Source: Nemertoderma westbladi
Lineage: Eukaryota > Animalia > Xenacoelomorpha
Direction of reading: 5' to 3'
DNA length: 64,000 bases
NCBI GenBank assembly: GCA_032718475.1
Contig: JAUCBJ010007253.1
Span: 62,001-126,000, forward strand
Each line of letters starts with the position of its first letter. The first letter of the stretch is position 1. The position numbers and the translations under genes are program-made. Shown here one piece after another: positions 63,301 to 64,000 of the stretch. A model generated the notes under the pieces. That model was not told the origin of the DNA. It worked only from the letters and a program-made list of their open reading frames with translations, and ran no database searches.

Positions 63301-64000
63301 TATAAACTAAACTTCTTCTGAGTTGGCTATTTTATTGTAGTAATAAAAACTAACCTGGTATCCTTTTGATTTGGATAGTTTTTTGTATTAATATAAACTA
63401 AACTTCTTCTGAGTTGGCTATTTTATTGTAGTAATAAAAACTAACCTGATATCCTTTTGATTTGGATAGTTTTTTGTATTAATATAAACTAAACTTCTTC
63501 TGAGTTGGCTATTTTATTGTAGTAATAAAAACTAACCTGGTATCTTTTGATTTGGATAGTTTTTTGTATTAATATAAACTAAACTTCTTCTGAGTTGGCT
63601 ATTTCGTTGTAGTAATAAAAACTAACCTGGTATCTTTTGATTTGGATAGTTTTTTGTATTAATATAAACTAAACTTCTTCTGAGTTGGCTATTTTATTGT
63701 AGTAATAAAAACTAACCTGGTATCCTTTTGATTTGGATAGTTTTTTGTATTAATATAAACTAAACTTCTTCTGAGTTGGCTATTTTGTTGTAGTAATAAA
63801 AACTAACCTGATATCTTTTGATTTGGATAGTTTTTTGTAGTAATATAAACTAAACTTCTTTTGAGTTGGCTATTTTGTTGTAGTAATAAAAACTAACCTG
63901 GTATCCTTTTGATTTGGATAGTTTTTTGTATTAATATAAACTAAACTTCTTCTGAGTTGGCTATTTTATTGTAGTAATAAAAACTAACCTGGTATCCTTT
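6331..64000. repeat. 90-bp tandem satellite DNA array (~640 monomers visible, continues past window end)
   Basis: Representative monomer AACTTCTTCTGAGTTGGCTATTTTGTTGTAGTAATAAAAACTA ACCTGATATCTTTTGATTTGGATAGTTTTTTGTAGTAATATAAACTA (43+47 bp; 23/90 G+C; 40 T vs 27 A on +). The array is head-to-tail in one orientation with no foreign insertion seen. Variation is mostly confined to about eight recurrent sites plus a +C (91-bp) length variant. Confidence 0.99.
7111..14850. repeat. 3870-bp (43-monomer) tandem block duplication within the satellite
   Basis: Rare markers recur at exactly +3870: TTGGATTTTT at 8641 and 12511, ATCTTC at 7411 and 11281, and the GTCTTTT run at 7191-8091 and 11061-11961. 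Identity breaks before ~7100 and after ~14853. Confidence 0.9.

Noticed and set aside
6331-64000. CRISPR array or other repeat-spacer system
   Set aside because: There are no unique spacers: both alternating subunits are near-invariant and homologous to each other. No cas genes are present, and the context is eukaryotic (spliceosomal intron, SINE, LINE).
6331-64000. Giant repetitive protein-coding exon (90 bp = 30 codons)
   Set aside because: The representative monomer has a stop codon in all six frames, and frequent 1-bp insertions break the frame.
6331-64000. Telomeric repeat derivative (CTAACCT resembles (CCTAA)n), or functional poly(A)/branch-point signals (AATAAA, CTAAC) in each monomer
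   Set aside because: These are only 5-7 bp matches in AT-rich sequence, with no tandem telomeric run and no supporting gene structure.
6331-64000. Variant pattern as an information-bearing combinatorial code or diversity cassette
   Set aside because: The patterns are adequately explained by nested duplication and conversion of monomers. No recombinase, reverse transcriptase or expression locus is linked to the array.

Overview
AT-rich eukaryotic (most likely invertebrate animal) DNA at the edge of a large satellite array. The first ~6.3 kb is a nest of transposable elements. It holds a probable non-autonomous CACTA/EnSpm (CMC) element, with its right terminus CACTCTAAAAAAA on the - strand at 4584 and its left terminus probably just outside the window. 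This element carries an intact two-exon gene for a ~494-aa protein resembling SAMD3-like/EnSpm accessory proteins, a nested ~450-bp MITE and a hairpin-bearing small repeat. Beyond it lie a 3' fragment of an L2/CR1-type LINE and a tRNA-derived SINE that lacks its B box. From ~6331 to the window end (57.7 kb, roughly 640 monomers) is one uninterrupted, single-orientation 90-bp satellite. The monomer is a diverged dimer of 43-bp and 47-bp subunits and has an internal dyad. A few recurrent variants record nested block duplications (including an apparently exact 3870-bp, 43-monomer tandem duplication), subunit-level recombination and local homogenisation. The array has no coding capacity and is not a CRISPR array. 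I see no convincing evidence for a novel multi-gene system; the best leads are the spliced transposon-borne gene and the possibly centromeric satellite. Family assignments come from motif recall, not database searches.
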